Part shown: one piece after another, positions 36,464 through 48,861 of the stretch
Numbering within the stretch: position 1 is the stretch's first letter
Layout: every line of letters begins with the position of its first letter
NCBI GenBank assembly: GCA_037447605.1
Contig: CM074807.1
Coordinates: 3,236,829-3,300,828, forward strand
Length of the DNA: 64,000 nucleotides
Direction: 5' to 3'
From: Zygnema circumcarinatum SAG 698-1b
Lineage: Eukaryota; Plantae; Zygnematophyceae
The notes under the pieces: model-generated
Databases searched by the model: none
What the model saw: only the letters and a program-made list of their open reading frames with translations
What the model was told of the DNA's origin: nothing
Program-made: the position numbers and the translations under genes

Positions 36464-37555
36464 TCAACCAAGAAGTGGTGGCTCCTGCTCCTTGTCATCA
36501 TGCAATGCCTGTGCGATCTTCAGCTGAAAGTTAAAGATCATTTCGAGCATCTCTCTCCTCCATTGCCTATCCATCTCCTCCGCATCCGCTTGCGCTTCAT
36601 TCATCATCTCCATCAGTCTCAGGCAGCCATCGCCCTTTGCATCTTTCCATTTCCTTTTCGTTCTATTCTCAGCCTCACTTCCCATACTCCCATTCAGCAT
36701 CAGCCTCAAATATTCGGTTTCTCCCCCTTCCCCTTTCTCTTCACGTTCTACTTCTCCTTCTACTTCATCGCCATCTTCACCTTCTTCCTCTTCTTCACTT
36801 TCAACCTCGTCTTCGTCCTCATCCTCTTCCTCATTAGCTTCCTCTTCATCATCCTCTTCCTCATCTGCTTCATCGTCCTCTTCTTCCCCTTCTTCTTCTT
36901 CCTCCTCCTCTTCCTCATCATCATCATCCTCGTCCACTTCAGCTTCTGCTTCACTTTCTGCTCCCTTTACTCCTCCTCCCTCTCCTCTCTCGCCGCTCTT
37001 TCCTTGTAATTCTACCTCTCTCCTTGCTTCATTCACTTCTCCTTCTACGATAGCTTCTTCCTCCCCTGAGGCGAAGGCGTCGCCCTCCTCCGAAAGCACC
37101 GCCATGACTACTCCATTCCTCCACTCCAAATCATCACCTTCTTCAGATCTCCCTCTGTTAACAGAACCTTGCTTACTCTCCTGCAGACATCCATCCTTCA
37201 CAGATTCAACATAATCCTCTTCTCCCTCCTCCCTCTCCCTCTCCCTCTCCCCCTCCCTCCCCCCCCATCTCTCCCTCTCCCCCCTCCTCCGTTTCTTTTC
37301 CAGCTGCATTCTTCTCCGTTCGCCTCTCTCCATTTCCATCCTCCTCGCCAGCCATATCAATTCTGAAAGAGGCAGTTTCTTATCTCTGCAGGCGAGGGGC
37401 TTGCTTGACATGATAGTCTCCATGGCCATGTGATTGGACGAAAGCAGAAGAAAGAGCAGCACCTTCCTCCTCTCCGTTTCCATGGCTGCCTGCGCCTTCT
37501 TCAACCTCTTCAGATCCTGCACATCCTCCTCCTTCAACACAAACAGTTCAGCCAC
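36464..37555 (-). CDS. Hypothetical acidic coiled-coil protein (~360 aa open frame, start uncertain)
   Basis: Long open frame with non-repetitive ends (LFVLKEEDVQDLKRLKK...; EEMDRQWRREMLEMIFNFQLKIAQAL) around an E/D tract. Confidence 0.6.
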   Translation of the reverse strand: MAELFVLKEEDVQDLKRLKKAQAAMETERRKVLLFLLLSSNHMAMETIMSSKPLACRDKKLPLSELIWLARRMEMERGERRRMQLEKKRRRGERERWGGREGEREREREEGEEDYVESVKDGCLQESKQGSVNRGRSEEGDDLEWRNGVVMAVLSEEGDAFASGEEEAIVEGEVNEARREVELQGKSGERGEGGGVKGAESEAEAEVDEDDDDEEEEEEEEEGEEEDDEADEEEDDEEEANEEEDEDEDEVESEEEEEGEDGDEVEGEVEREEKGEGGETEYLRLMLNGSMGSEAENRTKRKWKDAKGDGCLRLMEMMNEAQADAEEMDRQWRREMLEMIFNFQLKIAQALHDDKEQEPPLLG

Positions 37556-37835
37556 ACCATATCATATCATATCAAGACCCCCACTTCCTTTTCTCTCATC
37601 GCCTTCACAACCGCATCCCATTCTCACAAATACATCCTGTCTCTATACATTGCTCCCGTAGCACGGAAAAAAAAAACACCCCAAAAAAAACGAGAATGAA
37701 ATAATCGACGCTTGAATCTACGCCCGCCACTAACCCTAACTTCTCTCCGCTGCTCTCCAATCAAACCCTAATCTTCAAAGCGCGCCCTCCTCTCGCAACA
37801 CGAGTGCCTCCTTCAGCTCAGCATTCAGTCGAGCC

Positions 37836-39271
37836 ATGGCGGCCTCCTGCACTGCCACAGCTCTCTCTGCCCCTCCTTGTTCCCCTTCCTTCTTCTCCCG
37901 TGGAACCTCCAGCAGCACCTCCTTTGCCACGTGTCACACCAGTAACCATGCCACATGTCTCCTTCCCAGCAGCAGCAGAAGCCACTCTTCTCTCTCTCTC
38001 CTCTCCCTCTTTAAAAAAAGAGCCTCTTATTTTTCTTCTTCTCCTTCTTCTAAGAGAGGGAGCAGGGCGGCCTCAGCTTCTTCTAGTGAGGAGGCTCCTC
38101 CCTCAGCTTTGAACTCTCCTCCTCCTCCTTCTCCTCCTGCAGTGGGAGGAGCTGCAGGAGAGAATCCCTCTTCTCTTAGCAGTGAGAAGCCCCTTCAGAG
38201 GAGGAGACAGGCGGCGCAGTCTACTGACTGGGTTGCAAGCAGCCTCACGCGGAGGTTCGGGATAGGAGCGGGCTTGGCATGGGTTGGAGTTTTAGGGTTT
38301 GGAGTTGTCTCAGAGCAGATCAAGACTCGCACAGAGGTCTATTTGGAGCAGAGAGATACGAGGTAAGGTTGGAGATTTCTGAACGGAGGTGATGGCTTTG
38401 ATGGTTTTGAGCTTGAGCTGCTTTGATTTGAAGCAGAAGATATGGAAAGAGTTACTTAGGCGGCATTGAGCTGTGAACGTGCTTCACATTTTTTCGGGGA
38501 GGAAGTTGGAAGACTATTGAAGTTCAGCGTCATTTATCTATGTTTTTCCTTTTCAAGGGTTACAATGCTTGGAGATTGAAAATTGAGAGCTTCAAATGCT
38601 GATGCTAATGATGATAGAAATCGCCATCTACATTTTTTTTTGTTGAGTCTGGATTGGCCCTTCTTTACAGAGCAGAATATTAGACTAACTAGAAGCCTGA
38701 AGCCTTGTCTGTGTCACATGGTAAAATGTGTTACTTTTTATGACAATTACGACCTTTCGGAAAGTACGGTTAGTGTTTTTCTAAAGTCGAATGCTTATTA
38801 AATAGATGCATGAAGGATTTAAGCTACTGTCCGTTCAATCTGATGATTTGATTTTCATTTTTATTTTCTTATAGAGAAGTGGAGAACGGCCAAGAAATCG
38901 TTACGCCGGAAGGTGTCCGTTACACTGACATTCGAATTGGAGGTGGTTCTTTCCCCTCTAAAGGAGACTTAGTGCTCGTTTCACTTCTGGGAAAAGTTGA
39001 AGGAGAAGATGTTCCTTTTGTTGATACCTACTCGCCGGGAAAGAAAGACATAGTTTTCACATTTGGGGCGAGACCATACATTGGAGGCGTCTGTTATGGT
39101 CTTGAGATAGCCATGAAAACTATGAAGGTGGGAGGGAAAAGAAAGGTAGTTGTTCCTCCGGCATTAGGGTTTGGAGTGGATGGAGCAGACTTTGGTGGAG
39201 TGAAGGTGCCTGGAGACGCCGAGTTGGGATATGTTGTCGACCTCCAAAGGGCTTCCATTCCTCCTTCATAA
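37836..39271 (+). CDS. FKBP17-2: Thylakoid FKBP-type peptidyl-prolyl isomerase, FKBP17-2-like, with plastid transit peptide (2 exons)
   Basis: Exons 37836-38362 and 38875-39271. STDWVASSLTRRFGIGAGLAWVGVLGFGVVSEQIKTR, MKVGGKRKVVVPPALGFG, Ser-rich N-terminus. Confidence 0.92.
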
Positions 39272-39825
39272 AGGCTTCTTCTTTCCGAAAGAAAGACTCT
39301 GATCAAACATTAGGTTTTTGCAGTCGAAACCTTTCATTTTGGTTTGTGTAACCCTTCCATTTACTCAAGTAGGGCTGAGAGATTGACCGACTTTTGTAGT
39401 CATATGTAGAGATCATCGGAAGGACCCCAAGATAACATTTTTTGCTATTGGTTTTGATTTGTTTCAGGGGGAAGAACAGATGCCATGTAACAAGTGCAGT
39501 CTTGAAGGGGACAGCATCAGGTGCTTTCCATGCAATGTATAGATAGAGAACAATTAAGCTGAAACTCGAGGGCTTCTGCCACACTTTTCCTGTATGCTGA
39601 TCAAATCGAACCAAGTACCACACCCTCATTCTTTCCCCTACCGGTCCTGGTTGTTGTTTACTTATTTCGAATGACAGAGTTTCCGTTAGCTATTCTTAAA
39701 GCATGCGCTTCCATCCTGTTCTTTCATTCTTTCTTCTTGGACCTTCGCGGCTGCTTCGAGTGAGGGCTTGAAGCGTTGTTGGGCCCAGGCGTAGCTTTCT
39801 ACTCTTAGCTTTTTCTTTTGTGCTT

Positions 39826-39930
39826 AGGTCCTTTGCGACCAGGTTCTCGTGGTTCCCCATTTGGCCATGTACATTTGATGGCATCATCGCCATCGTGAGA
39901 TCAATGCCACATCCTCCCACTTCCATCCAT
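39826..39930. repeat. Dispersed repeat; related copies at ~44299-44410 and ~44476-44555
   Basis: Shared GGTCCT(T/C)TG...CTCGTGGTTCCCCAT...ATGGCATC...GCCA core in all three places. Confidence 0.7.
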
Positions 39931-40659
39931 TTCACAAATGGCAAGAAAATGGAACCAGTCGTTCAGAGTACCGAGGGGTGCCGGCTTGCGTTGATTAATC
40001 ATAAGCCTCTGGGCTTTGATAGGAAAAGGTTACGATGCAAAGAGAATTTATTCCAAAAAATAATAACTAGCCAGACGTGTTTATTAATTAGCAAGGATGC
40101 TTACCTTGAGTCACATGTTAGTCACTTGACCTATTGTAGTCACATTAGACAACAGTTTTGATTCTACAGTACGATCCTCAAACTACACATCCATACATGC
40201 ATGTACATGCACATGCATACATAATGTACAACCAAATAATGCACAATCAGCATAAAAAACTGAACTGAACTGAACTGGCGAATGTCTTCCTCCTTATTTC
40301 CTGTGTTGCTTTCCTCTCCACCAGAGGCCATATGGCCATACGGCGGAGGCGAATCAATAATGTTTAATTACACAATGACTGCGTCCTGTTATTTACAGAA
40401 CATCCCTCCTCAGTGATGTCGGGTTGCCGACCTAAGCATGTCCTCAACCACAATAATGTGGAATTCATTTTCAACCCTAATGGCCTAACACTAACCCTAG
40501 CAAGGCCTAAGTTTACCAATCCCTCTTTCGATTTTTTTTTTAATAAATTCCAATGACCCATTCTTTCCTTTCTTCTGATCCCAATGATCCCGACTCCTCC
40601 CTCCCCTTTTCTACCTCCCCTCTCCCTCTCCCTCTCCCCTCCCGTTCTCTACCTCCCCT

Positions 40660-43361
40660 CTAAACGCTTGCGTTCGTCTCACTCCCCGACCCGTTCCCAC
40701 TCCCCATCTTTCTCACCACCTTCCCTTCAAGAAATGGAGTCCGGCTGAGCTTCCCACTCTCTCTGAGAGCTGCTGCATCCTCCTCCCTCAGCCGAGTCCC
40801 CTGCTGCGCCACCACCACAGCTGCCACTTTTGAAGCAAAATTTCCCATAGTGCGGAGGTCCGGAGCCCCCTGAAGAAGGCCATAGAGAACGCCTGCAGCA
40901 TATGCATCTCCGGCTCCGCATGTGTCGGCCGGATCACATGGGGATGGGGGGATGTATACTATCTCTCCCCTGCAGCCAAGGTATGAGCCCTTTGCGCCAT
41001 CCGTCACAGAGACGAGAGGGCAAAAGCGGGACAGATGCTGCGCTGTGAGAGCTGGAGATGTGGACGATCCGAAACCAGTCAGCGCCCTCGCCTCATCTGT
41101 ATTGGCAAAAAGGATGTCGGTACTTTCGCACATCACATCCCTGCATCACCTCCATCATCATCATCATCATCATCATCATTAGGAACAGAACAAGGAACAT
41201 AAGGTTACAGAAAGCTCAAGGGGATCGCGATACACAGGACTGAAACGGTAGAACGTATTACATGGAAGGTATACATACCAAAAGTTTTTTCGGAAGCGGA
41301 GTACGCAGCTGACATCACTAGCAGTCAGCGCCACCAACACTCCCTTTGCTCTCGCAGCCTCACATGCTTTAGCGATAGCTTCTACAGTTTCCGGAATTTC
41401 CCATAAATAGCCCTCCACTACAAGAATCTTAGACCTCGATATAGCGCCTTCTAGGGCGGCATCAAATTCCACTAGAGATGACATACCCTGCGAAAGGAGT
41501 CAATGTCGACAATTGGTTAGTTTAGGGGCAAGGAAAGAGGCTGAGGTCAGAGTGGGCTGTGTGTGAACAAACGAAGCGGAAAGTGTCCACAGAATGGTCA
41601 AAGGTTGCGGCGGAAGAAGTAAAAGGATTACAACATTCAAACAACAATAGAAGACGGAGAGAGAGAAAGGGGGAGGAGGGAGAGACATAATAGAAGGAGG
41701 AAAGGGCATTTACAAGTTGACTGCTAGTGGACGCCGAAAAAACGGGTGTTACTAAAGTGGGAGAGGAACAGACAAGCATGCTTAAAGGAAGGAGAGGATG
41801 AAAGAAGATGGACCACTGCTATTACCTGATATGCGACCATAGTGCGCTGTGCATCCGGGGTTGTTAGTACCACCACTGTACCGGTCGTACCGTCAGCAAT
41901 GGGACGAGACAGAAAATTAACATTGGCTCGGAGAAGCTTCGCTCTGGAAGGAAAAAAAACCCCTTCCCCATATATCACTATGGATCATCTATGGATATTG
42001 GAAACTGGATATACGGATACGAATATATGGATCAATGTATCAGTATGGATATGGAAAAACTACAACTGTAAACTACAACTATAACTACAGATTGTAAAGT
42101 ATTAACGAAACCACATCGAATTTTGCTTCGACTTTTCTTAGAAGGATCACAATTCTCCAGCAAACTCACATTCCCTTGACCTTACCTATAAAATTCTCCC
42201 AGTGGGTCGCTCCCTACACTTCCTGTCATCGCCACATTGAACTCCTCCGATCCGAGCCGAGCAAGAGCTACCAAAGTATTTGAAAGAGATCCTCCAGCAG
42301 ATACTTTGTATGAATTTCCATCGAGTGCTTGCAAGAGTTTTCCACGCTCTTCATGATTCACCACCTTTCTTCGGCCTTTTTCAAGCCCCAATTTCTCTAA
42401 GAACTCGTCGTCGACCACTCCTGAAAAGTCCACCTGTTCGAAAACATGACCCGAGGAAAATGAACCATGAGATAATGAGGTTCAAGAAACTCAAAACACC
42501 AACAAGCATGGGCAAAATGGGACCTTTCGGATTCCCAACGCTTCAAAAATCCCCACAGGAGGTGTCGTTTGCAAAAGCGGGGAGGAAGCGCCAAAGGACG
42601 CCTACATTCGAAACCCTAATTTCGTGAGAAGCTCATGATTGCAAGAAAATCCTGACAAGCCCTAAATGGGGTGCGCAATGCACCACACTAAGCTCCTGAA
42701 AACGAGACCATTCAGCTGGAAAGCACATCCATACTGCAAAATGCTCACATACAACAATGCAGCATAGACCAACATAGAGCTTCTAGTCAGAGCGACATAG
42801 TCCAATAGAGATCAAACATAAACACGAAAGACCAATTATGCTTCATCAATGTGAGAAACAAAGTGGACATTTTCGTGTGCAATTTCATGAATTAGCAATT
42901 TAATTCAATCCAATTCAGTGCAATTCAAACCTTACCATGGCCTGCCCCAAACCCACAACGTCCCAGCGCTCTGGAAGCCTCCGACCCATCTCCGCCGACA
43001 CCACCCCCTTTCCATGCCGCACCGTTGCACGGCCAGTATTCCTTGACGTAACTGAACCTCTTAAGAGCTCCCCACTGCGACCTCTGCGCTGACAAACGCT
43101 GCTCCATCTCTCTCCTGAATTCGCTGCTCCCGCATTTCCACGCGCGGCTTTCAGGGCAGTTTTTCGATTCTGATTAGGAGGAGCCAATACACTCTGATTC
43201 AGAAGCTCTTCGCCATGGCGGAGGCTGCAGGAGAACGAGCCACTGTGGACTCTACAAGCAGCCATGGATGCGCCTCTACCTCCCGCCTCTCTGCTTAAAG
43301 GAGGCGAAGCAAGAGGCCCTGCCACTTGAAGCCTTGCAGAGAAGGCCTGCAGAGCATCCAT
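40660..43361 (-). CDS. NARA5: Plastid pfkB-family carbohydrate kinase, NARA5-like (5 exons)
   Basis: PERWDVVGLGQAM|VDFSGVVDDEFLEKLG...AGGSLSNTLVALARLG...KLLRANVNF...TTGTVVVLTTPDAQRTMVAYQ...VVEGYLWE...TASDVSC...DTCGAGDAYAAG. Confidence 0.9.
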
Positions 43362-43467
43362 GGCGGCTACTTCAACCTCTTTGGCGGGGAATCAGCGCGC
43401 CGCCCTCTTTCTCTCTCTCCTTCCCTCCTTCACTCTCCTCGCGCCTCCCCCTTTCCGGCTATTGCAC

Positions 43468-43707
43468 CAAACCCTAATTTGCGACGGATATCTTTCCGAC
43501 ATGCAACGGCGCCATTACGCGCCACGTGTCACGCGAAGACGCCCTGCTGGTAATGATACCTTGGAGCTGACCTTGGAGCTCACAGGCTATGGCGGTGGCG
43601 GGGAAAGTGAGAGGGAGGGAGAGTGGGAGAGTGGGAAATGAAGAGGCGATCGTGGAGGACGACTGAAGGTTCAGGGTAGGTACTCTAAACGAAGTAGAAA
43701 CCCTAAT
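43468..43707. promoter_or_regulatory. Telo-box (AAACCCTAAT) pair at the NARA5 5' end; similar boxes near other gene starts (~17643, ~37764, ~49500, ~49767)
   Basis: Exact AAACCCTAA/TTAGGGTTT matches; telo-boxes are known plant promoter and 5'-UTR elements. Confidence 0.5.
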
Positions 43708-44691
43708 TTTTGTTTTCGGTCAGGGCAGGGAAAACGCTACAAAGTACTGCCCAACGGTTCGGGCGCTTACAAACGTTTTTATATCCGTCCGATCAAAACA
43801 TCTAATGAATGGGATAATGACAGCCGTACGATATACTAGAAATGACAAACAAAACTTTTTGTTTTTCTGCCCGAAAAGCTCCAAAAGTTTTCGCTGGATG
43901 TCGGTGGATTGTCGGCAACCGGCGCCGATTGGACCAACGGCGAAACTTTTTCAGGATTCAAACCAGAGCAGCGTGGGTCAATCTTAGCCGTCTAAATTTC
44001 AAAAGTAGGTGACGTGGAGGATTAATAACCCTCGATCGCACTGTGAGAGAGCAGTTCAGGATAGGGAGAAACGGATGACGACGTGTCCTGTGGAGGGTCA
44101 CAATGGGGTGGACCCGTCGAAATGGAGGGGCTTACTTTCAGAGCATGGAGGGTAAACCTGGTTGAATTTCATGGTGGAACTTCTCCCCGTAGGGTCAACT
44201 TATCCTTCTCCAGGTGTAGACCTTCAGAAAAAAAAGAATGGTCTTGAGAAAAAAAAAATGTATATGCACAAAAGGATAAAAGAAAAAGGCTAGGAGCTTT
44301 GGTCCTTTGTGAGCCGTTGGCTTCTCGTGGTTCCCCATGTTCTTGTTGTTGAACATGTTCCTTTTATGGCATCGCCATCATGCGACCAATGCCAATGCCT
44401 CCTCCCTCCTGCTCTTAAACCGTGTTGTTGTTGGCCGAGTTGCAAAATTCCTCTCATGCCTTCCCCTTTCGTCCCTAGGTCCTCTGTGAGCGGTTGTCTC
44501 CTCGTGGTTCCCCATGTTCTTTGTTGAACATGTTCCTTTCATGGCATCGCCACCCCGTTTCAAGGGTGGCCCTCTCAATGGCCGCCACGTGCGTATATTT
44601 GTCCACGTGGCATGTTGTGATTGGAGCAACCTGGAAAGACGCAGCTTCAATGGAGCCCTGACCCTTGTTGCAGCACACTCTGTTTCAAGGC

Positions 44692-45944
44692 ATGGCCTAC
44701 AAAGAGGGCAGAGCGGCACCCTCTCAGGGACTCAGCGATTGTGCTGAAGCGGAGGAAGATGATGAGGAAGATGATGCGTCTCTTGCTGCGCTGAAAGTGC
44801 AATGGATAAGGTGAGGTGCAGACGGGAGGGTTGTTTTAGTTTATTTAGAGTTTGTAGGGTGTAATATTTCCACACCGCAATCCTTGTCCTTCTGCTAGCT
44901 CGAGCCCTATTTCTCTGGCCCAGTTTTGGACCTTTCAGGAATTTTTGGATCGATTAGTTTGTGAAGAGAGGTTCTTAGAAACTGCAAGAAGCTTGAAACG
45001 GGGAAGATTAGTAAAGGGAGTTCATTCATTGGCTGTTTCTGCAGGGAGCAGGAGGAATTGAAGATGCACTTAGTCCTGCAGGACGACTTCTCCTGGCACA
45101 TCCCTTCACCCTCCAAACCGAAGCACTCGGAACTGAGTCTTCTTCCAGCTCTGGAATCCGCATCACAAATCGGTCGACAAATAGTCATCACAAAGAATGC
45201 AGATTCTCACAACCACTGCTATGAAAAAGCAGCTGACACATCAGCAGCGTCGCCCGTCGTGCTCGAATGCAAACATGATGAAGATACCCTCGGGTCCGAA
45301 CAGGCAGCGAATACAGAAACAAATCATGATTCGTATCACCTTTCTACCAGCCAGTCGAGTGACCACTTGCTAAGCCATCAAGGACGAGTCACTGGCTTTG
45401 AAGAGGCAAAATGCGCAGAATGTTTTCTTTCCATGTGCCTGAACTCTGAGCATTCCCTATCCCGTACTTCTCCTCCAAACGCTCCTCCAATGCATGTTTC
45501 ATCAACCTCCATTGCCACAAACATTGTGACTACAGGCGGAGAGAATGAATGCCATGAGACTCCAGAAAATCAGCACAATGTTAGGGAAAGGCTCAAGCAC
45601 CGCCTTATTAGAGCCGGCGACTACACAATTCCAAAGGGACTTGAAACTCCACTTTGCGAACTTCAATATGTGGGTGGTGTCGATTTGAGCTTTGATACTG
45701 AGGATCCAGACGCCGCATGTGCTGCTTTGGTGGTTCTCGATTTTTCCACATTAGAAGTGATCTATGAGACCTACGAATCAGTTCGGATGACACTGCCATA
45801 CATGGCCGGTTTCCTTGCCTTTCGAGAGGTGAGACAGTCATGTTTGCATTTGTCGAAGTTAAGCTTAAAAATGTACTATTTATTGAATCTCGCCTTAACA
45901 TTCTTGTTTCAATGTGGCCTGTGGCATGTGGCATCTGGTATAGT

Positions 45945-46022
<78 letters not shown>

Positions 46023-47783
46023 ACCTCCCTCTCTGTCTCCCATTCGCCCTCCCCCTTTCAAATACTTTTTGCGGCAGTGAATATTTCAACCATGTGCAGT
46101 GCCCCGTGCTTTTGCGGCTGCTAGAGAAGCTCCGTCGGGAAAAGCCGGCTTTAACTCCTCAAGTAGGTCCTCAATGCTCTTTTCTGCGGAGCATCACAAC
46201 TCAGGTTTAATACTGGAAGAAGATTGTCTGCCTCATTTTGATCCTCGATACAAAGATGAGATCTGCCCACAGTTTTGTCAAAGAGACGATGGGTTTATAC
46301 ACAAACAGTTCAGCCTTTCATAGAGAGACACGTCATTTTTACTCCATATGAAGTACTAGTTGTGTTCCAGGTTTTTGAGCAATCTGTGATGTAAACTGGG
46401 ACAGCACTACATTGCATGGTGACGAGAAATTATGTGCCACATAACAACTTTTGAGTTATCTAGCATGGGAAAGAAGTGTAACCTGTGGAAGGAGAAGGGG
46501 TTGGCCAGGTTCTTTTAGTCGATGGGAATGGCTTGTTACATCCAAGAGGTGGGCAGCATAGTCGTAGCTTTGCCGCTTTCAAAACCGAGGTGGAGAGGGA
46601 CATTGGAAATTGTAGGAGTATGGAGCCATGATGGGGCCATGTCTCTGAAGTATATTACCTTTCTGATTCTTTTGCTTTTGTGGCTTTTGGAGGACACAGG
46701 ATTTGGGCTTGCATGCCATCTGGGGGTATCCGCAGATATTCCAACGATAGGAGTTGGCAAATCTGTAGGTTTCATGGTCTACGTTGCCCCACTTGCTTGA
46801 AGAATCTATATGCTACCACAGTATGCTTTCTTAGCACAGATAAAGTTTGATTCCACTGTTGATTTTCGCCACAAAATTGTTAATAAATGGGTTAATATAT
46901 GGATAGTGAACGAACATGGGTCCCTTGTGATGGTGCAGATGCATCATGTGGACGGAATGACAGCCAATGAGGTTCGAGCATTAGCCTCTCGCTGCTCCCT
47001 TCAACCGGGAGAAGCCTTGACTTTGATAGGCCGCAGTGGGCACATATGGGGAGCGGTAAAACACCCTCTTTTGACCTACAAAGTCACGTGAAGATAAATA
47101 TATGGGCCAGAAAAGTAATCATTTAGTTGGGGAGAGGCTGAGGTCGGTGGGGATGCAGGTTCAAGACGTAAAGGAACGTGATCATGATGATTTCTTGACT
47201 TCTATCATGACTTGTATCTCCTTCTGTTGACTGAGGTTGCTGGAGGGGGTTGAGATGCAGGCCTTCAGAAGCCATGGGGAGAGCATTAAGCCCATCTTCG
47301 TCTCTATTGGGCACCGCATTTCCCTGTCGACAGCCATTGCCGTCGTTCGTCAATGCTGCAATTTCCGAATTCCGGAACCAATTCGACAGGTGCAGGCTCG
47401 TGCTCTAGTCATGATTCAGCATCTCAAAATCTATTCCTTTTCTTTGGGCTGTTCCATATTTTAGGGCTTCTAAGTGTTCACACTGATCGGAGACTGCCAG
47501 TTTTTTCGTATCAATTTGTAAGGCTAAAGATGGGCGCTGCCAACAGAGAGTATACCTTCTGCCAATGACTTTGAGGAAGGATCCTTATTATAGCGTTTGG
47601 TAGAGTTAAAGCTCGATGGGGCTCTTCTGTCACTTTCTCTCTGTTTTATTCGCCCTCCCCGGATGCCGCATTGAACATAGAACTCAAGACTGCTGTGGTT
47701 TGTATTCACGGTGGTTAAAATTGCAGGCAGATAAGCGTTCCAGAGAGCAGCTCCGGCAGGGCCTGCAAGGGAAGGGCCTGTAA
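44692..47783 (+). CDS. ENDOV: Endonuclease V (inosine-specific nuclease), 8 exons
   Basis: QWI R EQEELK...DDFSW, YVGGVDLSF, LPYMAGFLAFRE, CPVLL...PQ, VLLVDGNGLLHPRGFGLACHLGV, PTIGVGK, KPIFVSIGHRISL, RIPEPIRQ|ADKRSR; stop TAA 47781-47783. Confidence 0.92.
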
Positions 47784-48129
47784 GGCTCATCATCGTAACT
47801 CAGAACCCAGTTGGGCGCACTCAAATTGGTCATGAATTTGCATGTTCGCGCTACTTGTATTGCGTATGCTAACAATGTCGTTATGTTCTCAATGGAGGGG
47901 AGGGAAACTTAATCGTTTAGTGCCTCACTAGGAAAGTTGGCAAGTTGTTCAAACATGAACATTCATGACCCACCAACATAGTGCCAAGACAGCCTTATTG
48001 TAACGCACCTGCCCATTGTAAGGCAACGTTTGTATAATGTACAATGTATAATGTTAAAGAAGAGATAGTTCATAAGGCGTGACGCACCGTCCTCTTTTTC
48101 GCACAAATTGGACCATTTCCGTACGAATA

Positions 48130-48286
48130 GGGGGTGTCAGACTTAACAAAATCTTACGAAAAGCGTTACGAAAAAAAAGGTTACGAAAGTACTCCGCCGC
48201 AGCAGGATCGCGATTATACTGGAGTACTCGTTCTGATGTCAAACTTACGAACACGCGTACTGAATTTTTTTAAGTCTGACACCCCC
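48130..48286. mobile_element. 157-bp MITE with 17-bp perfect TIRs and TA target-site duplication
   Basis: ta|GGGGGTGTCAGACTTAA ... TTAAGTCTGACACCCCC|ta. Confidence 0.85.
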
Positions 48287-48386
48287 TAATGGGCCCAAAT
48301 CCGGCTTGTTTTCTTCCGAAAACCGTCGCCCATTTTCAGACTTTCCCCGGCCTCGAAATTTGGCCGAGAGCGCCACCGACCTACTA

Positions 48387-48861
48387 CAGTCTAATCACGT
48401 TATAGTGACACTGTTTATAAGAACAGCATGGATATACTGACTTTTTTTCCGGGAACGGAATTGCACCACTGCAGATCCTGCGCCAGTAGTGACGCCATTA
48501 CGGATATAATGACGTTTGAAAACCCTAATTGTTACTATATATTCAAAATCTCGATATTACCCACGGAATATATGTTACAAATATACTACAACCGTATACA
48601 TAATCGACAAATACCGTCAGATATCGACTTGATCGTACATATCAACTTGACCGTACACATGCTCACTAGGGTTCGTACACACCTACCCACGTGACGACTG
48701 CCCAAAAAGTACAATGTACGGTATCAAAGGCGTACGGATATACCGCAAAAACATATCTAATAACATTGTTACTATAAATGTGAAATGACAAACGGGTCAT
48801 TACCGATATAGTGACACAAACATGTGGGGACCGACACAGTCACTATAACGTGATTAGACTG
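48387..48861. mobile_element. 475-bp MITE with 23-bp perfect TIRs starting CAGT (Tc1/mariner-like ends)
   Basis: CAGTCTAATCACGTTATAGTGAC (48387-48409) and GTCACTATAACGTGATTAGACTG (48839-48861). Flanks are TA and GTA, so the TSD is imperfect. Confidence 0.8.
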
